Source: Yuukianura sp. NJ FZ-2021 (lineage: Eukaryota). From it: DNA of 64,000 nucleotides. The notes below the pieces were generated by a model, which had not been told where the DNA came from, made no database searches, and worked only from the letters and a program-made list of their open reading frames with translations. Every line of letters begins with the position of its first letter. Within the stretch, counting starts at the first letter, position 1. Positions 48,984 to 62,324 of this stretch are shown one piece after another. The stretch spans positions 7,936,001-8,000,000 of the forward strand of contig CM102284.1 in NCBI GenBank assembly GCA_046563655.1. The letters are read 5' to 3'. The position numbers and the translations under genes were made by a program.

Positions 48984-51043
48984 TTAATTGAATTTTTTAA
49001 ATACTGTTCTCATTTTGTCTAGAGCCATGTCCACGTCTTCAGTTTGTAGGCAGAGCGGTGGGGCGATGCGGAAGACCTGGAAATCGCAAACAAAAATTAT
49101 AATTTTGGAAATGTGTTTCGAAACTTTTGGTTATGGTTTCAAAATTTTTGAATTTTTACATTTCCAGATGCACCGCCTTTGCCGACCAAGAGTCCAGCGT
49201 CTTTCAGGTCTTCAAAAATATCTGCCATTTTTTGCACAGCTATTGGCTTTCTACTGGTCTTGTCTGCCACCATTTCCACTCCAATCATCAGCCCCTTCCC
49301 ACGAACGTCTCCCACCATCTCAAATTCCTTCCGGAACTGCCCGAGTCCCTCAAGGAAATAAGTGCCCACCTTCTTAGCATTTTCTTGCAACTTCTCCTCT
49401 TCCATGACCTTTGACCCACAAAAAAAAACAGTTTCAAAACATTTGAAAATCTGAAAAGTGCTAATTTTGGTTTTTCTTACTTCCAGGACGGCCGTGGCGA
49501 CTGCTGCCCCCATGGGATTCCCTCCGAAAGTGTTGAAATGTGTAGCAGTGTTCAAACTTTGAGCAATTTCTGGAGTAGTGACAACAGCAGCCATTGGGAA
49601 TCCGTTGCCAATTGACTTGGCCATCGTCACGATGTCGGGAACAACATCTTGATCTTCAAAGTGCCACATCTTGTCTCCTGTTCGTCCGAATCTACAAGCA
49701 GCGAAGCAGTTCGTGAATCGTGAGGGCCCGGAAACATCCGAACAATTTTTGTAAGATTTACCCAGTTTGAACTTCGTCGGCAATGCAAATGCCGCCATTT
49801 TGCCTAATCAGAGCAAACGCCTTTTTCATGTAGGTTTTTGGATACTGGACAACGCCACCGACTCCCTGACAGAGAAATCACGGGTCAAGGTCATTCAAGG
49901 TCAGAATGTCACATGGTCAAGGTCATGTGAATACCTGAATGGATTCGATGAAGAATCCAGCCACTTTCTTCTGAGGAACAGTGTACTGGAGAAGTTCGTC
50001 CAATTGCTTGACGTAGTTTTCCGCAGCAGCACATTCCTTTCCATGTACTGCGCAAGTACAATCTCTGTCATCGACTTGAATCGGCGACAGTCGGCAGTTG
50101 GCTCCGCCCCACAAACCTTTGTACACGTCTGGATTCATTGCCTAAAAATCAAGGTCAAGCAATTTCTGAAAACTGAACTTTTTGAAGTTAAAATAATTTT
50201 GGGTTTTCAAAATTTTGAAATATTTTGAGGAAAATGGTTATACATGGTGGATTCCAGTGGCGTTGGGAGCCATTTGCTTCCAGTTGGAGAGACCAGTGAG
50301 TGCCATTGTGGTGGGACTCATGCCGTGGTACCCATTTCGAAGCGAAATTATATCAAAGTTGCCAGTGTAAGCTCTGGCCATCATCACTGCCAAATCGTTA
50401 GCTTCTCCACCGCTGTTCACCATGTACACAACCTATGATATATTCATATGTATTTTATAAATTTATTATATTTTATACATTTTAAATATAAATGTATTTA
50501 TATTTTATGTTTTTTAGGGTAAGAGGAGCATGCGTTACCTTAAGATTTCCTGGAAGCGTTGAGGTCAACTTGGCAGCATACTCGTGCAGGGGTTCGTTCA
50601 AGTAGATGTTGGTCGTGTGCCAAAACTTGTTTGCTTGGTCAATGAGAGCATCGTTAACTTTTCTAATTTTTCAAAAACAAACCAATTTTTACTGAAAATT
50701 AGACTTAAAAAAACTGAAATTTCGAAAATGAATAACTGTTTTTCAGATTTGGACTTACGGATGACAGTGACCAACTCCAACAGTGACGATTCCACCAAAG
50801 AGGTCCAAGTACCGTTTGTCACTTGTGTCGTAGATGTACTGCTTAAAAGCATTTCGAATGACAATTGGATTCTTGTAATACGTGGACTTGATCACTGAAG
50901 GATGAAGATGCTTTGCACGAATTCTCAGGATCTCATCTCTCGTAAGAGCCTGTAAAATATAAGTTACATAACTTATTTATATTTTATTTATATTTACAAC
51001 TAATTCTCACCTGTTTCACTAATTGCACTCCACTAAATCTCAT
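48984..51043 (-). CDS. AGXT2: Alanine-glyoxylate aminotransferase 2-like (class III PLP aminotransferase), multi-exon
   Basis: [83 protein letters not shown]. Confidence 0.93.
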
Positions 51044-52214
51044 GATTTACTTTTTAATTAGAAACTGGATCGTACGATTTCTAATTTTGGAAAAATGTGA
51101 CAGTAAAAATCTGTTAGGCCGGGTTGTTCTTGAGAGTGGAGTGATCTCAAGTTGACACTATCTCAAGGTCAAAGGTTAACCAAATGCTATGCTCTTCTTT
51201 TCTAAAAGCTCTTTTTAGTTAGAAGTGTTTCACCACAAGGTTATTAGGCGTTGTGGAAACCAACTAACAACAACTCAAGCGCTGATTGGAGTTGAAGCTA
51301 AGCCTATGACTATAATAAGAAGCTTTAACTTATGTTTTATTGCAGCGTTTATCGCTTCTGACACTCTTAAACTCAATACTAAACAAAAGGCAATTAATTA
51401 GTAATGTTAATTACAAATTAATTTAAGTTAAACTCATTTAACATTTAATTTTTAGGCTGCAGAAATTCGACGCCGTTCAGACTGAATTTCAATAAGAAAT
51501 TCATTTTTGTTATTAATGCATTTGAATTTAAATTAAGCAGGGTTGAAATTGTTTTTCTTTTCGTTGAATTGTTAAAAACAGTGTTAACTTTTCAGTTTTC
51601 AACAATTCAAAAAAAAGTTTTGTTTTAACTTTTTAACTTAGCAATTAAGCTTAACTATTATGTTGTTTAGGGTGGGGTCCTAAAAATTGTTATTGTCAAT
51701 TACTGTTAGAAGACATTAAAAACAGGCTACAGAAAGCACAGGATTTCCTGGCCAAATAGAGTCAAATTTTTGCAAAGTTTAAAAATTTGCATACGAAACT
51801 AAAATTTATGCTTGGAGGCAACAACCCCGCCCAGCCCAATTTTTTTTTGAAAATCTTTTTCCATATGGAGATTCTTGTGTTGTTTTTTGCAAATGTGCGA
51901 ATTCAAGGGCACCCAGTTTCATCTTTTTTTGGCATCATCTTTTATGCAAAGCTCTTGTTAGTAAACGTAGAGACGCCCATCTTAATTCAATTATCAATTG
52001 AATTCTTATCGTCTCACATCCTGCTACTCTCAAAACATTGATTTAGATCAACTTTTTATGTTTACAGATTTACATTACATAAAAAATGGCGCTACACCTT
52101 CGAAACACTACGGCGTCACAATGATATACTTATAATTTGGATCCTGGAAGAGATACCTTAGAGCCAAAGATGAAGGAAATCAAATCAATTACTAAATTGA
52201 TTGAGACTGCAAAG

Positions 52215-52254
52215 TATAAAAGCAATGGACAAAGGATTCCGTAGTCATTCAGTT
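52215..52254 (+). promoter_or_regulatory. TATA box + arthropod initiator of the cuticle protein gene
   Basis: TATAAAA at 52215 and TCATTCAGTT about 30 bp downstream, 40-50 bp before the ATG. Confidence 0.7.
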
Positions 52255-52293
52255 CAATTTTTGGTTCAACCAATCACAAACTAGGACACGAAG

Positions 52294-53598
52294 ATGAACA
52301 GCTTCGTAAGTTTTTCTAAAACAAAAAATTGAGACAGTTTTTGAAAGTTTGGGTTTTTGGAATGTAATTTTGAATTTTAATTGACATTTTCTCGTAGATT
52401 GCTTTTGCGTTGATGATTGGTGCAGCCAATGCTGCCGGCGGTGGATTTGCTTACAACACGGTTTCTCATGCAGCACCAGTGACCTATGCTGCACCAGCCG
52501 TCGCTGCACCAGTGACCTACGCTGCACCAGCCGTCGCTGCACCAGTGACATACGCTGCACCAGCCGTCGCTGCACCAGTGACATACGCTGCTGCACCAGC
52601 CGCCACCGTGAGCCACTACCAATACCACGTAGCAAAGAATGTCGTTGCAGCTCCAGCACCAGCCGCTGTTTCCTACACCGCTGCAGCACCAGCCGCTGTT
52701 TCCTACACCGCTGCAGCACCAGCCGCTGTTGCCTACACCGCTGCAGCACCAGCCGCTGTGGCCTACACGGCTACAGCACCAGCCGCTGTTGCCTACACCG
52801 CTGCTGCTCCAGTGGCTGTCCCAGTTGCCACCAAGACGCAATACCACGCACAGGATGTGCTTGGACAAGCTTCCTTTGGATACAGCTACCCTGGACAAAC
52901 ACACCAAGTAGTCCGAGATGCTGCTGGAAATGAACGTGGAAGCTACGCTTACATCAACCCGGAAGGAGCTGAAAGTAAATTTTGCAAAACTTTGTTTTTA
53001 AACTTGCTTTTTTGAGTTTTTGAACAATTTTCTAAAAAATGTTTCCATTTCAGTCCGTGTCAACTACGTCGCTGGACATGGCGGATTTCGAGCCGAGTCG
53101 AACGCTCTTCCACAAGCTCCATTGGCCGTAGCACCAGCAGTCGCCGCAGCTCCAGTTGTAGCCGCTCCAGCATTTGCCACCATTCCAGCGGCTCCAGCCG
53201 TTCCAGCCGATACTCCAGAAGTCGTCGAAGCTCGAATTGCCCATGCTCATGCTCACGCCGAGGCCCGAGCACGCAACCTCGTTTTCAGAAAGAAACGTGG
53301 AGCTGTTGCTCCAGTCGTTGCCTATAACGCTGCCGTTCCAGCCGCAACTGCGCTGACCTACGCTGCTCCAGTTCACACTTACGCTGCAGCGATTCCAGCC
53401 CACGGTTACGCTTACACCGCAGCAGTTCCAGCCGCAACTGCCTTGACCTACGCTGCTCCAGTACATCACACCTACACTGCCGCTACGACTCTTCACCACG
53501 CTGCTCCAGTCACTTACGCTGCTGCAGCGATTGCTCCAGCCACCTACACTCAAATCCACAACAATCCTGGACATGCCGTGTCTTACCGAGTTTATTAA
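52294..53598 (+). CDS. Cuticular protein with Rebers-Riddiford chitin-binding domain and AAP(A/V) repeats (3 exons)
   Basis: Short first exon MNSF|, signal peptide, YAAPAV repeats, QYHAQD.LGQ...GY...RGSYAYINPEG..RVNYVA..GGF, and the 18-aa motif VPADTPEVVEARIAH. Confidence 0.92.
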
Positions 53599-53804
53599 AC
53601 AATCCAGAAATCCAGAAAAACTGTAAGCTACGTCCAGCGTCCAACTTTGAACTAAAACTTTTTATAACTTGAAAAAAAACTACTTGTGTGTTTTCAAAAT
53701 TTCATTAAAAAATGGCAGTGACACTTTTTGAAGCTTCAGAATTTAGTGGGTCCAGAACCAAAAGTTTAAAAAATTCAACAAAAAAGTCAAAAACTACAAA
53801 ATTT

Positions 53805-54278
53805 TTAAAAAAGTGACCTGAATAGTAACAAAATTGGAATGAAGATTGAGCTTCCAATGGTGACTTGAATTCCAGCATTTCCTAGGAAGCATCCAGTACC
53901 GTCAAAATTTGCTCTGTAAAGTGGTAGACATTGGCAGTATCCAGTTCCTGGATTGCAAAATGAGTTGTCTGGACAGAAGTGGTTGTACCATGACTCGTCC
54001 ACTCCACCGAACCGCTCTTTGCATGCTGTTCCAATGCGATGGTAACATCGAGCATTGTAGTTGTCGTAGAAGTTGTAGTACAGATCTGGACACTGGCATG
54101 ACCCTGTGCGCACGTCACATTTCAGCATCCTCCTAGAATCGCATTTGTCCCGGTCGTAGCCCAAACAAGGCTCTCCGTAGTATCGGTAGCGATTACAACT
54201 GTGGACTAACGGAACGGGTAGAAATTGAGCCAAAATGAAAAAGGTCACAGCCCAGGTCAATCCAGAAAATTGAACCAT
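53805..54278 (-). CDS. Small secreted or GPI-anchored Cys-rich protein (EB/EGF-like modules)
   Basis: 157-aa ORF with a signal peptide, CxC-containing modules and a hydrophobic C-terminal tail. Confidence 0.7.
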   Translation of the reverse strand: MVQFSGLTWAVTFFILAQFLPVPLVHSCNRYRYYGEPCLGYDRDKCDSRRMLKCDVRTGSCQCPDLYYNFYDNYNARCYHRIGTACKERFGGVDESWYNHFCPDNSFCNPGTGYCQCLPLYRANFDGTGCFLGNAGIQVTIGSSIFIPILLLFRSLF

Positions 54279-55571
54279 GTCCAGTCTAAAAAAAAATTTG
54301 AAAGAAAATTTTTATGAAAAATTTTTTGACTAGTTTCTCAAATAGAAGTTGTCAAGAATCACAACTTTACGTTTACGTTTAAAAAAAATTCACCTGAAAC
54401 CTCGAACTGCTGCGAAATTTGATTTTTTGACAAACCACGGCGAAAATCTTTACGTTTTTGGCAAAATACTTCAAAAACTTTCGTTTTTTTGACCAAATGC
54501 TTGGAATATTTCGTCTTTTTGGGGAAAAGCTTTTAGAAATTTTGTATTGTTTTGACACTTCCACTTCCACTTATGAGTTTCTAAGCGAAAATTAAGAAAG
54601 TAGAGGAAGTTGTAGACTGAAAGCTGGTGAATTTGAACTGAAATTGGAGCTAATTGTTGGCAGTTGGGATGAGTAAGGTGTTAGTGCGTTGGTTTACGAC
54701 TGTTCCAAGGCCCAAATACTTGAAAGGGAAGTGCTAAAGCAGGGTTGTACAAACAAGTGTGCTGCTAATGACTCAACTTCGTTTGCCTTAGCACGAAACT
54801 AAACTTATTTTGGTTGTAGGGATGAATAGTAATGATGCAGTAATGTTAAAGTTAACAATAGAACTTAATGTTAGGCAGGGTGTGAAGAGTTAAGTGCTGA
54901 AGAAGATTTTGGCATTCCAACTTCCAAGTCATAAGGATGCGTCATGTTTTAAATTTTTACTTAACAGGTATGACACAAACTTCAAAATTTCTGAATTTTG
55001 AAGTTTTGTTGTATTTTTAAAGAATGAAGATTTCGTTTTTAGTTTTGTTCCGTGTTAGGAGAGCAGCAAGTACTGAGGTATGCGTTGTTAATTACTTAAA
55101 CTCTCCCTTTCTTAATTTTTCAAAATTTTCTTAAAAAGTTGTGACGAAAAGAAGTCAGCGACCTCACAGTTCAAGTCAAATTGCATAATTAGTTTTTATA
55201 ATTAAAAGTTCCTTTTGTCTTTTTGTTAAAATAGATTTCTAATTTGCAAATATTGTAAGTTGGAGTAGGATTTACCCTTCTTTTACTCTTCGCAGTTTCC
55301 GGTGTGGGCCCTTACAAGGACCCAGCCCTGCCTGTACATAATTCATTCAACTTGGAACTTTTAGTGATTTGCTTGGAACAGAGTGACCTTTACTACTCGA
55401 CAGTTTGACCTCACAGAGGTCAAACTGCCTTTCATTTTCTTTGGACTTTTGAATAAAAAGTTAAATTTTCACCTTGCAATAAGCAAGGTCACCAACCTTG
55501 TAGAGTATTTTCTTTTTAATTTTAGGTCGAAAAGGCCTTTTTTTCACTACAAAGTCAAAATTTTTAATTTT

Positions 55572-57490
55572 TCAATTTTTACTGGAAAATTTTGAGATGG
55601 AGATGACTAGCGTGCGTGGCGGCTCGGTTTGATTTTTCCAGGATTGGTGGTAGACCTTGAGTCTGTCCCAGAAAACGAGCATCAGGAGGGAGTAAGGACC
55701 TTGTCTGAAATCAAATTTCGAAATTTTGAAAATGAAATTTCAAAAAAAAAGTTAGTTTTTGAGAAAAATTTGACCTAAAGTAGCAGGCTGTGAAGCCCTT
55801 GAAAAAGGCGAGGAGCCCTTCAGATCTGTAAACCTTCGCTACACATTCCAGAAATGATTTGTACATCACCCCTGAAACAAAGAGAAAATAATTTATATAA
55901 ATAAATAATGTAATTAAATATTATTACAAAAGTTGTACTACCTTTGCCCTGGGCATTGGTTTTTTGATTGTAGAATCGCGTTGCAATCAGGTCAAAGGGA
56001 GCCATACACACAGCCACGAAAAATCCAGCAGTAAAACAAGCCGAAATTAAAGCTGCCCAGGGACGGTCTGGAAATTGAAATTTCATGAATTCTGAAAAAA
56101 AAAAGTAAATTCGAAAATTGGAAAAAACTTAAAATTTTGAAATTTCGGTTCCAAAATTAAAGAAATCTTGAGATGGAACTTTGTTTACCTACACACAACA
56201 ACTTACAAATGTTAAGCAACACAGTAATAAAACTTGACGTACCACGCCATTGCCATTAGGCCCTATGAATTAGGCCCTCAGCCAATAAGCCCTATGAATT
56301 AGGCCCTAAACAATTAGGCCCTCACTGCCTTTAGGCCCTAATGAATTAGGCCCTCAAAATGTTTAGGCCCTAATTTTTATGCCCTCAGCAATTTAGGCCC
56401 TCATAATTTTTAAGGCCCTAAAATCCATTTTGAGAGATATTCAAACCGGAAGCCTTTTGCTTTTATACTCTGCTTTGATTTTCCCGCGCCTAATGGCATG
56501 GAACCAAAACTTGAGTTTTGACGCAAAGTAACCACCAAGGCCAAGCTTTTTTGGTGAACATTTTCAAAATTTTTCAAAAACGAACCTTACCTTTACTTTT
56601 TTCGAAACTGATCAACTGCGCAGCACTTGCCGCTGCAATTCTAGGAACCATGATGCTGGATCCTCTCCAGAGACCCAGCACTCCGCCTTCCCTGTAAATC
56701 GTCCTAAATGCTCCCAGCATTCCGCTGTGTTGATGCTGCGTACCAACGGCAATTGCTTCATTGGCTTTCGACTGCAGATGAGTTTTGACCTGGGTTAAAG
56801 CAAAATTCGTTGAAGTTTATTGAAATTGTGAAATTTTTCAGAATTTCGAATTGTAAAAAAAATGTCTTACCAGGAAGAATGGTGAACAGAATACCCCACC
56901 GATGCCACCAGAAGCCATGGCAACAAAAAACGTTTTAAAAGTGTTGACACCGCCATCTTGATCTGTCGTAAGTCCGCGCTGAGTAGCCATTTCGTAAAAG
57001 CCAAGCCTCGCAGTGTTGCATGCAAACTGGTAGCAGACGAAGGGTACCAGTCCCTTCTGCAGGGCAAACATACCATCCTTGGTAGCAACTTGGTAAGTAG
57101 CATGGAAAACGTTTCTAAAACGATAAAATGTATAAATAAAATAATAAATTAATTTAATATTATATTATTTACTGTTAATACCTGTAATGGACACTGTAGT
57201 TCCCTTTGGCTTGGAGTTCTCCTTGTAGCTGCATTCTAATCTTGACTACTTCTAGAGGATTGCAAATCGCCCCTGAATTTAATCCGAATTTTTTATATTT
57301 GAATTAACGGTTTTTTTTTTTTGGTTTTTTTTTATTTGTTTTTTTTTTGTTTTTGTTTTTGTTTTTGTTTTTTTTTTTTTTGACATTTTGAGTTTTTCGA
57401 ATCTGAAACTTTTTTGAATGTGTTGGAATTTCATGAAGTTTTTAAGTAACCTGCAATGGCTGCCGCAGCGCCGCCAAGCAACATCTCCAT
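55572..57490 (-). CDS. SLC25A35: Mitochondrial carrier SLC25A34/35-like, copy 1 (7 exons)
   Basis: [22 protein letters not shown]...YQ...N..RLG, VKTHLQS...[33 protein letters not shown]. Confidence 0.85.
56255..56421. repeat. Short degenerate minisatellite built on the TTAGGCCCT motif, in intron 4 of carrier copy 1
   Basis: About 10 dispersed (T)TAGGCCCT/AGCCCT units. Absent from the equivalent intron of copies 2 and 3. Confidence 0.65.
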
Positions 57491-57877
57491 TTTTGAAGAA
57501 ACTCAAATCAAAATGAAAATGCTAAAAATTTTTGAAAAAAATAGGGTACAGTTGTCAAATAGTTAGGTTTTGTAGTTATTGATTTTTGTAACTACGGAAA
57601 TTAACTATGAACTTAGCACTTGAAAATTTTTTGGTGGATTTAACTGGACTTTACAGAAGTGGATTTGGATCTTGTGGATCTCGGAACTTGTGAATGAGAT
57701 TTACTGCTCCCCAACATCTAACTTTGTACCGTCTACTTGGTGGTACTTTTTCTCCAAAATTTGTGAGCGGTCCTTCTTATCGCTTTTTCGAGCTCGACCC
57801 TTCCTTTTTATCTGCAAAAATGGCGATTCTGTAAATGCCGTACCGTGAGGCTTCTCCCTATATAAGACCTATGGCTG

Positions 57878-58465
57878 TTATTAAGTAGCGAAGCTACTTG
57901 ATACATCGACCTTGTCTGTCTGGCCGTCCGTCTCCGGCAATTATCTTGGAAACGGTTAAACATTTCCGGGATCTGTTTTCACCGGTGGACACCTAGTGAC
58001 CCGGTGATGTTCACTATTGAATATCATCCCGGTGGGTCAACTCCTTCCGGGTCAAAGGTCAAGGTCAACCGGTTTAATCCCCGGTAACACGGAAAATGAC
58101 CTCTACAAAACTTGTTCGTCTCATCGAGTGCAACAACTTTTGTGTACATTACATGACCCCAAGTGACCTCCCTCCGGGTCAAAGGTCAACTTTTTTATTT
58201 TAGCGTTCTCCTGTTGTCCCATTGGAAGAAGTTGTGGAACCCACCCCCACTTTCCCGGGTGAACCCATCTCTACTCTCCAGGGGGAACCTGTTTCCATTC
58301 CCCCCGGGGGAACCCATCTCCACTCCCCCGGGGATCTCCGGGGAACCCATTTCTACTCACTCGGGAAAGGGCGGCGGAAAAGTGGGGGAAACCCACCCCC
58401 ACTCCCGGGGGGGGGGGCGCTATCTTCGCTACTTACGTACACCGGTTTACAACCGGTTTATTTGT
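57878..58465 (+). mobile_element. DINE-1/Helentron-associated (HINE)-like non-autonomous element, copy 1
   Basis: 5' AAGTAGCGAAGCTACTT, a GTCT/GTCC tract, internal GGGAACCC repeats, subterminal inverted copy CTTCGCTACTT and a 3' stem-loop ACCGGT-TTACA-ACCGGT. Confidence 0.7.
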
Positions 58466-59062
58466 TAAGAAAATGAGCGCGATTAAAAGAAATTCCACTA
58501 AAAAAAATACCGTCATTACATAAAAGAAATTAATAATTAAAACAAAACGGCAATACTTCCATAAAAATTAAAAATTGATGGCAGTCAAAACGATTCGTCA
58601 TGTTTTTATTAAAATTTTTACTTAACATGTACGTGTTGTTCAGCGAAAAGTAGACACCAACAAACTCAAAAGTTTGTTTATTTTCAAAATTCTGGGGGGT
58701 TATGAGTACCAAATTAAAAAAAAAATACCCTGCGCAATATAAATTCGCTTAAACGTGTCGTTTGTTGGCCTCAATCTCCCCCCAGAAATCGCAAATTTTA
58801 GAAAAAATGCCATGGAAACAATTTTGGGGTGTCTACTTTTCGCTGAACAGACACAAACTACAAACTTTTTGAATTTTGAAGTAATATTTTTTTTTCAAAA
58901 AAAAATTCGTTTTAGTTTTACTGTGTAGTACGGACGGGTTACAGAGAGCAGGAAGTATGTACTAAGGTATGCGTTGTTAATTACTCAAGCTGTCACTTTC
59001 TTAATTTTCAAAATTTTCTTAAAAAGTCAAAATTTTCAATTTTTTTTTGAAATGGAGGTGAC

Positions 59063-59841
59063 TAGCGTGGCGGTTCGGTTTGATTTTTCCAGGATTGGTG
59101 GTAGATCTTGAGTCTGTCCCAGAAGACGAGCATCAGGAGGGAGTAAGGACCTTGTCTGAGATCAAATTTCAAAATTTCGAAAATGAAATTCCAGAAAAAA
59201 AAGTTTAGTTTTTGAGAAAAAAAGTGACCTAAAGTAGCAGGGTGTGAAGCCCTTGAAAAAGGCGAGAAGCCCTTCAGATCTGTAAACCTTCACTATACAT
59301 TCCAGAACGGATTTGTACATGACCCCTGTAACGTAAAGTACGAGAAAATAATTTACATAAATAAATCTATAATTTATATAAATAAATGAATTAAATATTA
59401 TAATAAAAAAGTTAAGTACCTTTGCCCTGGGCATTTGTCTTCTGATTGTAGAATCGCGTTGCAATCAAGTCAAAGGGAGCCATACACACGGCCATGAAAA
59501 ATCCAGCAGTAAAACACGCCGAAATCAAAGCTGCCCACGGACGGTCCGGAAATTGAAATTTCATGAACTCTGAAAAAATGAAATTTGAAAATTGAAAAAA
59601 AAAACTTAACATTTCGGTTCTAAAGTTTCAAAGAAATTATTTCCTACCTGCAGTACAAGCTTTACTAAACGTAAGGTAACAAAGTTTAAAACTTAAGTTT
59701 GACTCAAAGATTCGATACCATACCAGATTCTTTTTTCAAAAGAACGTTTTCAAAATTTTTCCAAAACGAAACTCATCTTTACTTTTTTCGAAACTGATCA
59801 ACTGCGCAGCACTTGCCGCTGCAATTCTACGAACCATGATG
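59063..59841 (-). pseudogene. SLC25A35-like copy 2: 3' fragment only (part of exon 4 to stop)
   Basis: Homology stops at ~59841. The exon-4 donor is mutated (AAAG|ATGAG versus AAAG|GTGAG in copy 3). Confidence 0.8.
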
Positions 59842-60298
59842 TGACCCTGATGAACGGTGACCCTGAGGGGCACAGTCCGAGTCACGCGAAATTTCACGTC
59901 GCGAAATTCGCGAATGGCACGAGGTTCCAATTTCGCGAAAAGTGAAAAATCGCTGGGTAAACGTCATCTGGGTGACAACGATACGACTCCGACGCCATTT
60001 TGGTTCGCACGTGAAATTTCGCGCCGCGAATCGCGAAATTCGCGAATATTGGCGAAAATGCCATGGAAACAATTTTGGGGTGTCTACTTTTCGCTGAACA
60101 GACACAAACTACAAACTTTTTGAATTTTGAAGTAATTTTTTTTTTCAAAAAAAAAACTGTGTAGTACGGACGGGTTACAGAGAGCAGGAAGTATGTACTA
60201 AGGTATGCGTTGTTAATTACTCAAGCTGTCACTTTCTTAATTTTCAAAATTTTCTTAAAAAGTCAAAATTTTCAATTTTTTTTTTGAAATGGAGGTGA

Positions 60299-61934
60299 CT
60301 AGCGTGGCGGTTCGGTTTGATTTTTCCAGGACTGGTGGTAGGCCTTGAGTCTGTCCCAGAAAACGAGCATCAGGAGGGAGTAAGGACCTTGTCTGAAATC
60401 AAATTTCAAAATTTCGAAAATAAAATTCTGAAAAAAAAAGTTTAGTTTTTGCGAAAAAGAAAGTGACCTAAAGTAGCAGGCTGTGAAGCCCTTGAAAAAG
60501 GCGAGAAGCCCTTCAGATCTGTAAACCTTCACTATACATTCCAGAACTGATTTGTACAAGACCCCTGTAACATAAAGTACGAGAAAATAATTTACATAAA
60601 TAAATCTATAATTTATATAAATAAATGAATTAAATATTATAATAAAAGTTAAGTACCTTTGCCCTGGGCATTTGTCTTCTGATTGTAGAATCGCGTTGCA
60701 ATCAAGTCAAAGGGAGCCATACACACGGCCATGAAAAATCCAGCAGTAAAACACGCCGAAATCAAAGCTGCCCACGGACGGTCCGGAAATTGAAATTTCA
60801 TGAACTCTGAAAAAATGAAATTCAAATTGCAAAAAAACTTAAAATTTCATGAATTCTGAAAAATGAAATTCAAAATTGAAAGAAAAAAAGCTCAAAATTG
60901 TGATCCCAAAGTCTCAAAACACTTTCCTAACTGCAGTACAAGCTTTACTAAACTTTAGGTAACAAAGTTTAAAACTTAAGTTTGACTCAAAGATTCGATA
61001 CCATACCAGATTCTTTTTTCAAAAGAATTTTCAAAATTTTCAAAAACGAATCTCACCTTTACTTTTTTCGAAACTGATCAACTGCACAGCACTTGCCGCT
61101 GCAATTCTAGGAACCATGATGCTGGATCCTCTCCAGAGACCCAGCACTCCGCCTTCCCTGTAAATCGTCCTAAATGCTCCCAGCATTCCGCTGTGTTGAT
61201 GCTGCGTACCAACGGCAATTGCTTCATTGGCTTTCGACTGCAGATGAGTTTTCACCTGGGTTAAAGCAAAATTCGTTGAAGAAATTTTGTGAAATTTTTC
61301 AGAATTTCGAATTCGAAAAAAAAGTCTTACCAGGAAGAATGGTGAACAGAATACCCCACCGATGCCACCAGAAGCCATGGCAACAAAAAACGTTTTAAAA
61401 GTGTTGACACCGCCATCTCGATCTGTCGTAAGTCCGCGCTGAGCAGCCATTTGATAGAACCCAAGCCTCGCAGTGTTGCATGCAAACTGGTAGCAGACGA
61501 AGGGTACCAGTCCCTTCTGCAGGGCAAACATACCATCCTTGGTAGCAACTTGGTAAGTAGCATGGAAAACGTTTCTGAAACGATAAAATATATAAATAAA
61601 ATAAATTAATTTAATATTATATTATTTACTGTTAATACCTGTAATGGACACTGTAGTTCCCTTTGGCTTGGAGTTCTCCTTGTAGCTGCATTCTAATCTT
61701 GACTACTTCTAGAGGATTGCAAATCGCCCCTGAATTTAATCCGAATTTTTTATATTTGAATTAACGGTTTTTTTTTTTTTTGTTTTTTTTTTGTTTTTGT
61801 TTTTGTTTTTGTTTTTTTTTTTTTTGACATTTTGAGTTTTTCGAATCTGAAACTTTTTTGAATGTGTTGGAATTTCATGAAGTTTTTACGTAACCTGCAA
61901 TGGCTGCCGCAGCGCCGCCAAGCAACATCTCCAT
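60299..61934 (-). CDS. SLC25A35: Mitochondrial carrier SLC25A34/35-like, copy 3 (7 exons)
   Basis: Same exon set as copy 1; ends NQTEPPR*. Confidence 0.85.
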
Positions 61935-62324
61935 TTTTGAAGAAACTCAAATCAAAATGAAAATGCTAAAGAATTTTGAAAAAAAATAGGGTACAGTTGT
62001 CAAATAGTTAGGTTTTGTAGTTATTGATTTTTGTAACTACGGAAATTAACTATGAACTTAGCACTTGAAAAATTTTTGGTGGATTTAACTGGACTTTATA
62101 GAAGTGGATTTGGATCTTGTGGGATCTCGGAACTTGGGAATGAGATTTACTGCTCCCCAACATCTAACTTTGTACCGTCTACTTGGTGGTACTTTTTCTC
62201 CAAAATTTGTGAGCGGTCCTTCTTATCGCTTTTTCGAGCTCGACCCTTCCTTTTTATCTGCAAAAATGGCGATTCTGTAAATGCCGTACCGTGAGGCTTC
62301 TCCCTATATAAGACCTATGGCTGT

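Noticed and set aside
52249-53574. Cys/Trp-rich and Arg/Gln-rich antisense ORFs
   Set aside because: Antisense shadows of the Ala-Pro repeats of the cuticle gene.
58163-58476. Pro/Gly-rich ORFs (also at 62609-62968)
   Set aside because: They lie inside the non-autonomous HINE-like repeat and have no domain signature.
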